From positions 3,968,001 to 4,032,000 of the forward strand of contig OZ001293.3 of assembly GCA_963921275.4 (NCBI GenBank): DNA of 64,000 nt, written 5' to 3'. The notes beneath the pieces were generated by a model that saw nothing but the letters and a program-made list of their open reading frames with translations, was not told where the DNA came from and ran no database searches. The position numbers and the translations under genes were made by a program. The stretch's first letter is position 1. Each line of letters starts with the position of its first letter. Shown in pieces: positions 31,944 through 40,971 of the stretch. The stretch comes from an uncultured Hormoscilla sp. GTDB lineage: Bacteria; Cyanobacteriota; Cyanobacteriia; Cyanobacteriales; Desertifilaceae.

Positions 31944-33281
31944 ATGCTAGAGCCGATCGCCCTATTCAACGAAAATTTTTACCTCGCCCAGAACCAGGAT
32001 GTAGCCTCAGCTATAGGTCAAAGTGGTTTCAGTAGCGGATTTGACCATTTCACCCAGTTCGGTCAATTTGAAGGACGAGATCCCAGTGCCATTTTCGATA
32101 CTAGCTATTATCTGGATACCTACCAAGATGTAGCTGACGCTGTTGAACAAAACATCATTACGGCTTTTGCACATTTTATCGAGTTCGGTCAATTTGAAGG
32201 ACGGGATCCCAGTGCCGCTTTCGATACTGGGTATTATCTGGACCTTCACCAGGACGTAGCTAATGCGATCGCCCGAGACGAACTGACAGGAATTGAACAT
32301 TTTCTCAACTTCGGGATCGAAAAAGAACGCCAATTTTCGCCCTTTGTTGACCTGAATTTATATCGTGCGGTTAACCCGGACTTGGCTATTTTTAATTATT
32401 CTCAGGCTTTTGACCATCTGGTGAGTTTTGGCATTGACGAAGGACGCCAATTTACCCCAACTTTATTCGACACCGTGGATAGCTTCAGCACAATTATTAC
32501 CACCAATGGCAATCCTGCTGATGTCTACTATCCTAACTCATCGTCACAGGATCAGGTCAGGGCAGAGTTCCCACTCGCCTTGCTGTTGCCAGGGGGATTG
32601 GTGGATAAATCGCAATATGAAAAATTTGTCAACATTGTGGCCAGCTATGGATTTGTGGTAGTCGTGCCCAATAACGAGCGATCGCTCCCACAATTCGACT
32701 TTGAAGGATTCCTGTCGGAGGCATCAGAAATCAACGACACCCTGGAGTACATAGTAGCAGAAAACGCCAACCCCGCTTCGCCCATCGCGGGGATTGTCGA
32801 TACCCAAAAACTAGTCTTGCAGGGTCATTCTAATGGGGGTGCTGTAGGTCTCACTGCCATTGGCGGTTTGTGCAATTTTCCCTTGTGTTCTGGCGATTTT
32901 ACCCTCCCGAATGAAGTTGTAGCCTCCGCCTTCTATGGCACCAATTCATTAAACCCGGAAACTGGAGAGTTCTTGGAGATATCCAATGGGGGAATTCCCA
33001 TTGCCCTGGTGTCGGGAAGTCTGGAGGGGGTGGCGACTCCCGAGGAAGCCCAAGACACATTTGCACAGATATCTGATCCGCCCAAAGCATTGATTACCAT
33101 TTTTGGTGCTAATCACTTTGGCATTACCGATGAGAATAACCCTCGGGGTGCCAGACCAGATCTGAATCAAGCAACTCTGGCACAAGATCAATGCCAGTGC
33201 GATCACTCAACCCTAGAACCTCGGTCCAGAAACCGGGTTTCTCTGGTCACAGGGAAAATATCTCGTCGATCACTACAGTAG
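31944..33281 (+). CDS. Alpha/beta hydrolase (chlorophyllase-like) with N-terminal cyanobacterial repeats; C-terminus overwritten by a palindromic repeat
   Basis: FNENFYLAQNQDVA / HFxxFGQFEGRDPS repeats; VASYGFVVVVP, GHSNGG nucleophile elbow, GANHFG. Confidence 0.75.
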   Translation: MLEPIALFNENFYLAQNQDVASAIGQSGFSSGFDHFTQFGQFEGRDPSAIFDTSYYLDTYQDVADAVEQNIITAFAHFIEFGQFEGRDPSAAFDTGYYLDLHQDVANAIARDELTGIEHFLNFGIEKERQFSPFVDLNLYRAVNPDLAIFNYSQAFDHLVSFGIDEGRQFTPTLFDTVDSFSTIITTNGNPADVYYPNSSSQDQVRAEFPLALLLPGGLVDKSQYEKFVNIVASYGFVVVVPNNERSLPQFDFEGFLSEASEINDTLEYIVAENANPASPIAGIVDTQKLVLQGHSNGGAVGLTAIGGLCNFPLCSGDFTLPNEVVASAFYGTNSLNPETGEFLEISNGGIPIALVSGSLEGVATPEEAQDTFAQISDPPKALITIFGANHFGITDENNPRGARPDLNQATLAQDQCQCDHSTLEPRSRNRVSLVTGKISRRSLQ

Positions 33282-33315
33282 AAACCCAGTTTCTAGCTTC
33301 TACTTTACCGATGTC

Positions 33316-34299
33316 TTAGGATGCACTAACATAATTAGCCAGAAAAGCTTCTACCTCAGCAGCCGTGGGCTGAGATGCGATCGCCCCCGGCTGCATGGCA
33401 GTCAAGACCCCCACAGCGCAGGCATAGGTAATCACATCGGATGCAGTCTGGGAGTCCTTTAAGCATTGAATGCCCCGGAGACACAGTTGATGAATGAAAC
33501 CTGCCGTAAAACCATCCCCCGCCCCCGTCGTATCTCGAACATCCACAGAGAAAACAGATACCTTCCCTTCATTTCCTCCCAGACAGTAGGAAACATCCCG
33601 ATCGCCCGCCGTCACTACAACTCCATCAACATTATCAAGCTTATATTCGATCGCACCCGCATCCTGGGTGCCAAAGAGGAAGTCCGCTTCTTCATCAGAT
33701 ATTTTCAGAAAATCAACTTTCTTTAACAATGCTTTAATCCGTTGTTTGGCATCTTCATAGTTAGACCAAAACACGGGACGCCAATTTACATCTACCATAA
33801 TCTTAACATCGTACTGTTCTGCTAGCCCAATTGCTTTTTCAATGGCTGCCCGCGTTTCCGGATAGGCAAGTTCAAGGGTCCCTAATACCAGAAAATCAGC
33901 ATCAGCAAATAAAGATACGGGAATGTCGTTGGCCTGCAAGTAGGCGTCGGCAAAATCAGTAGTCGGGATCTCCCCAAACTCCGCAAAGGTGCGATCGCTC
34001 GACTCCGAACGCACCACATAAACCTGGCGCGTGGGTGCTGTCGGATGGCGCTGCACCCCTGTAACATCCACTCCCACATCTTGTAATAGTTGCACCAGAG
34101 AATTTCCTGGTTCGTCTACGCCTACAGAACCAATAAACCCAGATGATGTCCCCAACTTTACCAACGCACAGGCCACATTAGCTGGTGCGCCTCCGGGATA
34201 AGGAATCCAAGACTGCACCTGTTCTAGGGGCAGTCCGAGTCGATCCGCTAACAGATCGAATAATATTTCACCCAAACACAGAACACGGGGATTCGTCAT
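33316..34299 (-). CDS. PfkB family carbohydrate kinase (fructokinase-like)
   Basis: GGAPANVACAL, DVNWRP, DTTGAGDGF. Confidence 0.92.
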   Translation of the reverse strand: MTNPRVLCLGEILFDLLADRLGLPLEQVQSWIPYPGGAPANVACALVKLGTSSGFIGSVGVDEPGNSLVQLLQDVGVDVTGVQRHPTAPTRQVYVVRSESSDRTFAEFGEIPTTDFADAYLQANDIPVSLFADADFLVLGTLELAYPETRAAIEKAIGLAEQYDVKIMVDVNWRPVFWSNYEDAKQRIKALLKKVDFLKISDEEADFLFGTQDAGAIEYKLDNVDGVVVTAGDRDVSYCLGGNEGKVSVFSVDVRDTTGAGDGFTAGFIHQLCLRGIQCLKDSQTASDVITYACAVGVLTAMQPGAIASQPTAAEVEAFLANYVSAS

Positions 34300-34651
34300 A
34301 GCACCATTTGCTGAGGTTACCAACTTTACATTATCAAGCATGGATCATTTGTGGCATCATTATTTATTGGATAGCCAGTCAAATTTCGCCTCCATTACTA
34401 CCCCTGCTATATATTTTACCGCTCCCTTAATATCATGTCGGTTTAGTTAATCCTAATTCACCTCAGTCTTTTCCCCTTGATAGCCTTAAAGCAACTCTGT
34501 TCGGTGACGGAACTACTCAATTATACCGTGGAATAACTCAGTTCCGTCTTATAATATTTTGCTACCGCCTGGGGGTAACTTTATCCCGCCAAAGATAGAT
34601 TTAATTTTGCTTTGAGCAAATTTTTTATCTTAAAAGCGAAACTGCCTCTGG

Positions 34652-34780
34652 CCACAGAATGACTGAGTCCCTCCCGGGAATGACTCAGCTACTCCAAGGA
34701 ATGACTGAGTCACTCCACCGAATAACTCAGTTACTTTGGAATAACTGAGTTACTCCACGGAATGACTGAGTCACTCCAGG
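34652..34780. repeat. ~21-bp degenerate tandem array (consensus CCACGGAATGACTGAGTCACT)
   Basis: Six units with a palindromic (G/A)ACT(C/G)AGT core; two related units near 34504-34545. Confidence 0.8.
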
Positions 34781-35018
34781 ACATGAATTATTCTAGATTA
34801 CTAAATATTTGCTACCGATGTAGAGCCAGAAACTCTCTGCCAGAGGGAGTTTCCGAATTATTTAATCTAAAACTCAAATCCTGGCATGGGCAGGAATTAG
34901 CCGGCGCTTAACTGCATTCCCTGCCGCCAGAGCAGTTTCATTGCATTTTACTTCCCACTGCGAACCTGGCCATTTTGGAACTAGACCAGCAGGCTGCATT
35001 GGCAGGGAAAGCGGCACT

Positions 35019-35200
35019 CTAGGCAGTTGCCGCGACCACCCGATCGCGTCCTGCCTTTTTGGCCCGATAAAGGGCCGGCTGCCCGGAGCAGCGCCTCTGC
35101 CGTCAAACCATGTTCTGGAAAACAAGCTACTCCCATAGACACTGTAATCTTACCGAGAGGCTGACCGAGATGGCCTCGAGTACCGGAGTGGATGGGGCCA
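35019..35200 (-). pseudogene. GGDEF (diguanylate cyclase) C-terminal remnant
   Basis: Broken frames give ISVSL...FPEHGLTAEALLRAA...ALYRAKKAGRDRVV. Confidence 0.6.
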
Positions 35201-35291
35201 CCGTCAGGGGATGAGCGTCAATGGCAGCTTGTAAGGATAGGGAAGAAATGGGCGGGTAGTTGCATAGCCAAGCCTAGCCTGATATTATCTA

Positions 35292-36303
35292 ACCTAAGTT
35301 GCGACCTATTAAAAAAAATATGAATTACCCACTTAGACTTTACAGATATTTGGAATATTTCGTAGCTTTTGATACAAAATTATATTTTTTTTGTGCTACA
35401 CGGCGGGTTGGCTGTTTACAGGTTATAATGTACTAAAATAATAGTTAATTGCTGGGGGATGTAGATGATGGAAGATATGATTACAACAATTTTTGTTCTT
35501 TGTGACGAGCTACTAAAAGCGTTAAATATAAAAGAAGATCCACAAGTAAAAATGAACAATGCCGAAGTGATGACAGTCGGATTAGTTGCTGCATATTTTT
35601 TCGGAGGACACCACGATCGCTCTTGTCAATTTATGGTCCAACACAAGTATATAAAAAATCTGTTAAGTAAAAGTAGGTTCAATCGTCGATTACACAATAT
35701 TGAGGAACCAATTTGGATGTTTTTCTTCCAAGTTATAGCTCAAACATTTAAAGAGCTCAATCCGGGTCAAGAATATATTCTTGATAGTTTCCCGGTGCCA
35801 GTATGTGATAATATTAGGATTGATAGATGCCAAATTTATAACAAGGAAGAATATCGAGGGTATATTGCCAGTAAAAAACGTTATTTTTATGGATTAAGAG
35901 TTCATATGTTGGTAAACAAAAATGGAAAGCCAATAGAATTTTATCTAGATCCTGGTAGTTATAATGATTTTAAAGTTTTGCAATCTTTTGGCTTTGACTT
36001 ACCATCAAATTCAATAGTTTATGGAGATAAAGCTTATAATGATTATCAATTAGAGGATTTACTAAAAGAGTCGTCAAGTATAATGTTAAAACCTTTGCGA
36101 AAAAAGAACTCAAAAAGAAAAGAATATTCTTGTTTTGAATATATACAAAAAGTAACAAGAAAACAAGTTGAAACCTGTTTTAGTCGAATCACCAATTTGT
36201 TTCCCAAGTCAATTCATGCTGTTACATCTAAGGGATTAGAGTTGAAAATAATTCTCTTTATCATAGCTTTTTGTATCCAATTTTTATAGGTCGCAACTTG
36301 AGT
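35292..36303 (+). mobile_element. IS982-family insertion sequence, intact
   Basis: TIRs ACCTAAGTTGCGACCTAT / ATAGGTCGCAACTTGAGT, 6-bp target duplication TATCTA, low GC. Confidence 0.95.
35465..36289 (+). CDS. IS982 family transposase
   Basis: LSKSRFNRR, ILDSFPVPVC, YFYGLRVH, YGDKAY, RKQVETCFS. Confidence 0.93.
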   Translation: MMEDMITTIFVLCDELLKALNIKEDPQVKMNNAEVMTVGLVAAYFFGGHHDRSCQFMVQHKYIKNLLSKSRFNRRLHNIEEPIWMFFFQVIAQTFKELNPGQEYILDSFPVPVCDNIRIDRCQIYNKEEYRGYIASKKRYFYGLRVHMLVNKNGKPIEFYLDPGSYNDFKVLQSFGFDLPSNSIVYGDKAYNDYQLEDLLKESSSIMLKPLRKKNSKRKEYSCFEYIQKVTRKQVETCFSRITNLFPKSIHAVTSKGLELKIILFIIAFCIQFL

Positions 36304-36534
36304 TATCTATCTACATTATCTCTTGCACCCGGACCCTACAGGATGTGGCGATCCCCATTGGCACGATCTTCAACCTATAGCACATGTCTGATATCACCCC
36401 CACCGCCGCGATCGCCCCGGTCAAATCAGCTCAAGAATTTGCAAAATTGGACAATAGCTGCAAAAAACAGATCCAATTAAATATAATTGCCTATAGAATG
36501 TAAGATAGGTAGATATACAGAGATGAGAAGTAAT

Positions 36535-36813
36535 ATGGCTGGTGGCAGGAAAAAACCAGTGTCTCTCTCAGAAATAGAACTGCAAGTGCTCGAACTGGTG
36601 GCAGCGGGCTTGACAAATCAGAATGTTGCGGAAAAATTGGAAATCAGCAAACGGACTGTGGATAACCATGTCAGCAATATTTTGACGAAGACAGCGACGG
36701 GAAACCGGGTGGAGTTGGTGCGATGGGCAATGAAATGGGGTAAAGTATGCATTGATGAGGTAAATTGCTGTAGCATACAACCTCAATCAACTGATGAGGA
36801 GGTGGTAACATGA
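36535..36813 (+). CDS. pedR: Stand-alone LuxR-type HTH regulator (PedR-like)
   Basis: LSEIELQVLELVAAGLTNQ...ISKRTVDNHVSNILTK...WGKVCIDEVNCC. Confidence 0.78.
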   Translation: MAGGRKKPVSLSEIELQVLELVAAGLTNQNVAEKLEISKRTVDNHVSNILTKTATGNRVELVRWAMKWGKVCIDEVNCCSIQPQSTDEEVVT

Positions 36814-37112
36814 GTCAGGTGAGCAAACAGAGAATAGCGATTGCGCTGCGCGCACGCTACGCAAATGGCTGCCCTTCGATGCCATTGGCAGTATACCGGG
36901 AAGTAGCCGCTCACTTGCGACAAGTAAAAGGGGTGTATGCTGGCGAAATAGGGCAGCAGTCGAGAGAATTTGATTATAGCAACTCTCAAGTGGGGGGCTT
37001 GTTAATTGAGTATGCTCCTCAAGCTGACCGGAAGAGTAAGGTAGAATTGGAGCAAATTCTGGCATACTATAGCGATCGCTATGGTGCCTGGGAAGTAAGG
37101 CCAGCGGAATAA
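36810..37112 (+). CDS. Conserved cyanobacterial hypothetical protein
   Basis: PLAVYREVAAHLRQV...FDYSNSQVGGL; overlaps both neighbours, indicating an operon. Confidence 0.75.
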   Translation: MSQVSKQRIAIALRARYANGCPSMPLAVYREVAAHLRQVKGVYAGEIGQQSREFDYSNSQVGGLLIEYAPQADRKSKVELEQILAYYSDRYGAWEVRPAE

Positions 37113-38434
37113 TGGGAGAAATACAAGCGTTACGGGGAACCAGGGATATTCTACCGGATGAGGTAGGCTATTGGCAGCTAGTAGAAGCAAGGGCACGAGA
37201 AATTCTAGATCGATCGGCCTATAGGGAAATCCGGACGCCGATTTTCGAGCAGACGGAACTATTCGCACGGGGTATCGGAGAAGCGACGGATGTGGTCGGA
37301 AAGGAAATGTATAGCTTCCCCGATAGAAAAGGGCGATCGATTACCCTGCGCCCGGAAAATACGGCTGGGGTAGTCCGGGCTTTGATAGAACAGAAGCTTT
37401 ATGCCTCCGGTGGGGTCCAGCGTCTGTGGTACATAGGCCCGATGTTCCGCTACGAACGCCCCCAAGCAGGACGACAGCGACAATTTCATCAGCTGGGATT
37501 AGAAGCGATCGGGAGTTCGGACCCCAGGGCGGATGCCGAGGCGATCGCGATCGCCTCGGAAATCCTGCAAAGTTTGGGTCTGGTGCAACTGCGTTTGGAG
37601 ATTAACTCGGTCGGGAATATAAAAGATAGACAGGGATATCGCCAAGCCTTGGTAGAGTATTTGACGCCTTACTTCGATGAGTTAGACCCAGACTCCCAAG
37701 ATCGATTGACCCGCAATCCCCTGCGGATCCTGGATAGTAAGGATAAACGCACTCAAGAAATTGCTGCTGATGCGCCGAGTATCTTGGACTATCTGGGACC
37801 GGAGTCTCAGGGGCATTTTGAGATGGTGCAGCAGTTGTTGAGCAGCTTAAACATTAGCTACCAGCTTAATCCGCGCTTGGTGCGGGGCCTAGACTACTAT
37901 ACTCACACCGCTTTTGAAATTATATCGGATGATTTGGGCGCTCAAGCAACAGTCTGTGGAGGCGGGCGCTATGATGGATTGGTAGCAGAACTGTCGGGTC
38001 CCCAGACGCCAGCGGTGGGGTGGGCGATGGGTCTAGAACGTCTGATCGTCCTCTTGCAGCAGTTGCAAACATCTCCCCGAATAGCCTCGCTGGATTTTTA
38101 TCTAGTTTCCCGAGGCGATCGGGCCCAGATGCAATCGCTCAAACTGGCTCAAACTCTGCGAAAAGCCGGGTTTGCAGTCGAGTTAGACTTGAGTGGATCG
38201 GCCTTTAAGAAGCAGTTTGCACGGGCGGACAGGAGTGAGGCAGTGGCCTGCTTGATTCTGGGAGAGACAGAGGCCGAAGGTGAAAGGGTGCAGTTAAAGT
38301 GGATGGCATCTACGGAGCAGGAGGAACTCAATCAAGCAGATTTGCTATCGGAAAAGTTGCGCGACCAGATTGACGCAATCAAAGCATCTGTGTCCCCCGG
38401 GACACAGCGGGAACAACATCAACTGGGTAAGTGA
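37112..38434 (+). CDS. hisS: Histidine--tRNA ligase
   Basis: RGTRDILP, LRPENTA, FRYERPQAGRQRQFHQ, LVRGLDYYTHTAFE, GGGRYDGL. Confidence 0.97.
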   Translation: MGEIQALRGTRDILPDEVGYWQLVEARAREILDRSAYREIRTPIFEQTELFARGIGEATDVVGKEMYSFPDRKGRSITLRPENTAGVVRALIEQKLYASGGVQRLWYIGPMFRYERPQAGRQRQFHQLGLEAIGSSDPRADAEAIAIASEILQSLGLVQLRLEINSVGNIKDRQGYRQALVEYLTPYFDELDPDSQDRLTRNPLRILDSKDKRTQEIAADAPSILDYLGPESQGHFEMVQQLLSSLNISYQLNPRLVRGLDYYTHTAFEIISDDLGAQATVCGGGRYDGLVAELSGPQTPAVGWAMGLERLIVLLQQLQTSPRIASLDFYLVSRGDRAQMQSLKLAQTLRKAGFAVELDLSGSAFKKQFARADRSEAVACLILGETEAEGERVQLKWMASTEQEELNQADLLSEKLRDQIDAIKASVSPGTQREQHQLGK

Positions 38435-38487
38435 CATTAACTCTTGCCTCAGGGAGATTTTACCATTAGAAAAGTAGGGCTAGAATC

Positions 38488-39972
38488 ATGCCGCTAATAC
38501 CAGGTTACTTAATTGTGCTGACGATCGTCCTGGTGGTATTGCCATCAGTAGCGGCGATCTTCTTGCGTTTGGGTCTTTATGCTCATCTGGGAAGCCAAGG
38601 CAGACAGGTGAGAAGGCTACTGCACGGCCAGTCAAATGGAAAAAAACCAAGAATTATAGAATATCTGGAAAAAAGGTTTGCTGATGCAGTGGTCAAATTG
38701 GACCAGGTGAATACGGGGGCGTTGATAGATCAAGTATACAGCCGCGAGAAGGTAGGTTTTCTATCCTGCGAAAAAATTGAAAACATCTGCCGGATCCTGC
38801 CCAACTTACTGCTATCCTTCGGCTTGCTGGGGACTTTTATCGGGATCACGATTAATCTCTGGTCCCTAAGTGAAACGGTCAGTCAAACTCAGGCGATCGA
38901 TGTGGGGAGTTTGCTGCGAGAATTACAAACGCCGCTACAAGGAATGGGCATTGCTTTCACGACAAGCTTGGCGGCAATATTCTTCAGTGCGCTGTTAAGG
39001 ATAGTGAACATGCTGTTGAATACGATCCTAGCTAAGTACCGCCTGATCAGTGCTGTAGAGGATTATCTAGATAATGTCTATCTGCCGACATTAGAGGGTG
39101 AAACGAGGCTGGATAAAATAGTTAAGGGGATGACAACATCATTTGATGGCTTCTTAATGAGATTTGGTCAAGCGGTGCGGGAGGCGGTGCAATCTTCTCT
39201 GCAAGACAAGCTGCAAGAAATTTTTGATGCCAATAGAAAAGCGAGTCAGTTGGCGGAACTGGTCTACGCGAGATTGGCCCAAAGTTCGGGCACGATCGCT
39301 AAAAGTGCCGATGAATTTCAAAGGGCGGCAGACCGGTTTATAGAAGTGGCTCAAACCTTGGAGAACAGCCAGTTTCCCCGGAAGTTAGCAAGTGTAACAT
39401 CGGACTTGGCGAGCACGCAAAGGAATTTTTCCCAGTCGGCGTCGGTGTTGGTGGAATCAGTGCAAGTGATTGAAACGGCAGTGGCGGAAATGCATAGTTA
39501 TAGTAAAAACTTGGCTAAGCTGGGAGAACAAATTAACAGTAGCAATCAAATGTCAGGACAACTGCTAGAGTCCCATCAAAGGAATCAGCAATCTTTTGGT
39601 GAGATGATTCCGGAACTTCAGGAAGGAACTCGTGGCTTCCAGTCGGCGGTGAAAGCATTTGAAAGGCTACAAAAACAGGCGAGCGCGCGAGAAGAGACGG
39701 TTTCGGAGGTGCAAGCAGAACTGACGAAGTTGGTGGAGAATCTGAATAACTATACAGAGGGTGTAAATAGAGGCATTCAGAATTTGGGCGAACGGTTTGC
39801 CGAAAGCCTGAGTAACCAAACCTACAATAACGATGCCCAGTTTAAGTTGGTGGTGAAAAATCTGCAACAATCTATCAATTATCTGAATGAAGCGAAACAT
39901 GAAATGACGCGGATGCGGCAGGTGCTAGAAAAGCAGAAAGGGGGTGAGATAGCAGATAAGGTAAACCAGTGA
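38488..39972 (+). CDS. MotA/TolQ/ExbB-type channel protein with long coiled-coil tail (ZorA-like)
   Basis: N-terminal TM; LPNLLLSFGLLGTFIGI and LQGMGIAFTTSL TM motifs; about 300-aa helical tail. Confidence 0.8.
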   Translation: MPLIPGYLIVLTIVLVVLPSVAAIFLRLGLYAHLGSQGRQVRRLLHGQSNGKKPRIIEYLEKRFADAVVKLDQVNTGALIDQVYSREKVGFLSCEKIENICRILPNLLLSFGLLGTFIGITINLWSLSETVSQTQAIDVGSLLRELQTPLQGMGIAFTTSLAAIFFSALLRIVNMLLNTILAKYRLISAVEDYLDNVYLPTLEGETRLDKIVKGMTTSFDGFLMRFGQAVREAVQSSLQDKLQEIFDANRKASQLAELVYARLAQSSGTIAKSADEFQRAADRFIEVAQTLENSQFPRKLASVTSDLASTQRNFSQSASVLVESVQVIETAVAEMHSYSKNLAKLGEQINSSNQMSGQLLESHQRNQQSFGEMIPELQEGTRGFQSAVKAFERLQKQASAREETVSEVQAELTKLVENLNNYTEGVNRGIQNLGERFAESLSNQTYNNDAQFKLVVKNLQQSINYLNEAKHEMTRMRQVLEKQKGGEIADKVNQ

Positions 39973-40008
39973 GGATGGTAGAAGTAGCGTCATAAGGGGT
40001 TGTGGAAT

Positions 40009-40836
40009 ATGCGTCGTCGATCGCAAGTGATAGAATCGTCGGAGGAGCTAAACATATGGCCAGCGTTCACAGACTTGATGTCTAACGCCTTCATGATTCT
40101 GAGTCTGCTATTGCTGCTGGCCCTAGTGAAATCGGTGTTCTTGAAGTCAGTCTCGGAGGCGACGGCAAGTCGTTCGAGAGAGTTAGAGGAACAGATTGTC
40201 AAGTTAGAGGAGGAGTTGCGACAACGGTCAAATATAATTACGGGACTAGAGGAGGAGGTAACGGGACTAGAGGGAACGGTTGCCAGTTTACAGAATGACT
40301 TGGGGAAAAAGACAACTATAATTACAGAACTAGAGGGGGATGTGGAACGGTTAAAATCGCCGCCCGTAATCGTGATTAGAGATTCCAAGGAACGGAAATT
40401 TGAATCGGGGAGTGCAGAATTATCTTCAGGGTTAGTTAGCTTTATCAAGCAGGATTTGGTCAAGCAAATTGAATCTGAGGCCAAGAACTATCAAGGCTAT
40501 GTGGTCGAGGTGATTGGTCATACGGATGGTCAGGTGAATCAAGGGCGATCGAGCAATCTGGATCTAATCTTAGAAAAGGTAGCTACGGGCAGTCAACCGG
40601 TAAGCAATCTCAGACCGGGTTCTAATGCGGATTTGGGTTTGATGCGGGCCTTGGCAGTGGTGCAGGAACTTCAGAAAGATGAGCGTTTAAAGAAAATGGG
40701 GTTAAAGTTTCGGGCTTATTCGGCGGCACAATTGTACCTGCCCCAGAATAAAGGCTACTCCCCAACGAATCGGAATCCAGATCAAAGCAGGCGCAGGATT
40801 GAAATTCGCTTCTCTCCAGCAGCTGTGGAAAGGTAA
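40009..40836 (+). CDS. MotB/OmpA-like peptidoglycan-binding protein (ZorB-like)
   Basis: WPAFTDLMS TM with the conserved Asp; FESGSAEL, VIGHTDG, NADLGLMRALAV, RRRIEIRF. Confidence 0.85.
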   Translation: MRRRSQVIESSEELNIWPAFTDLMSNAFMILSLLLLLALVKSVFLKSVSEATASRSRELEEQIVKLEEELRQRSNIITGLEEEVTGLEGTVASLQNDLGKKTTIITELEGDVERLKSPPVIVIRDSKERKFESGSAELSSGLVSFIKQDLVKQIESEAKNYQGYVVEVIGHTDGQVNQGRSSNLDLILEKVATGSQPVSNLRPGSNADLGLMRALAVVQELQKDERLKKMGLKFRAYSAAQLYLPQNKGYSPTNRNPDQSRRRIEIRFSPAAVER

Positions 40837-40971
40837 AGCGCAGCGTGTAGGGCAGGCGGATCGCCTGCCCGAGATAGACGTGGGGCCAATACCTCTCGGT
40901 TAAACCAGGACGTGAGATCGGAATTTTGTGAATATAGAATAGGTGAAAATAGTTGTTGAAGAGGCTGTTAG

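Noticed and set aside
38488..40836. Flagellar motAB, or a methyl-accepting chemotaxis protein
   Set aside because: There are no flagellar or che genes and cyanobacteria lack flagella; the tail has no MCP signalling hairpin motif
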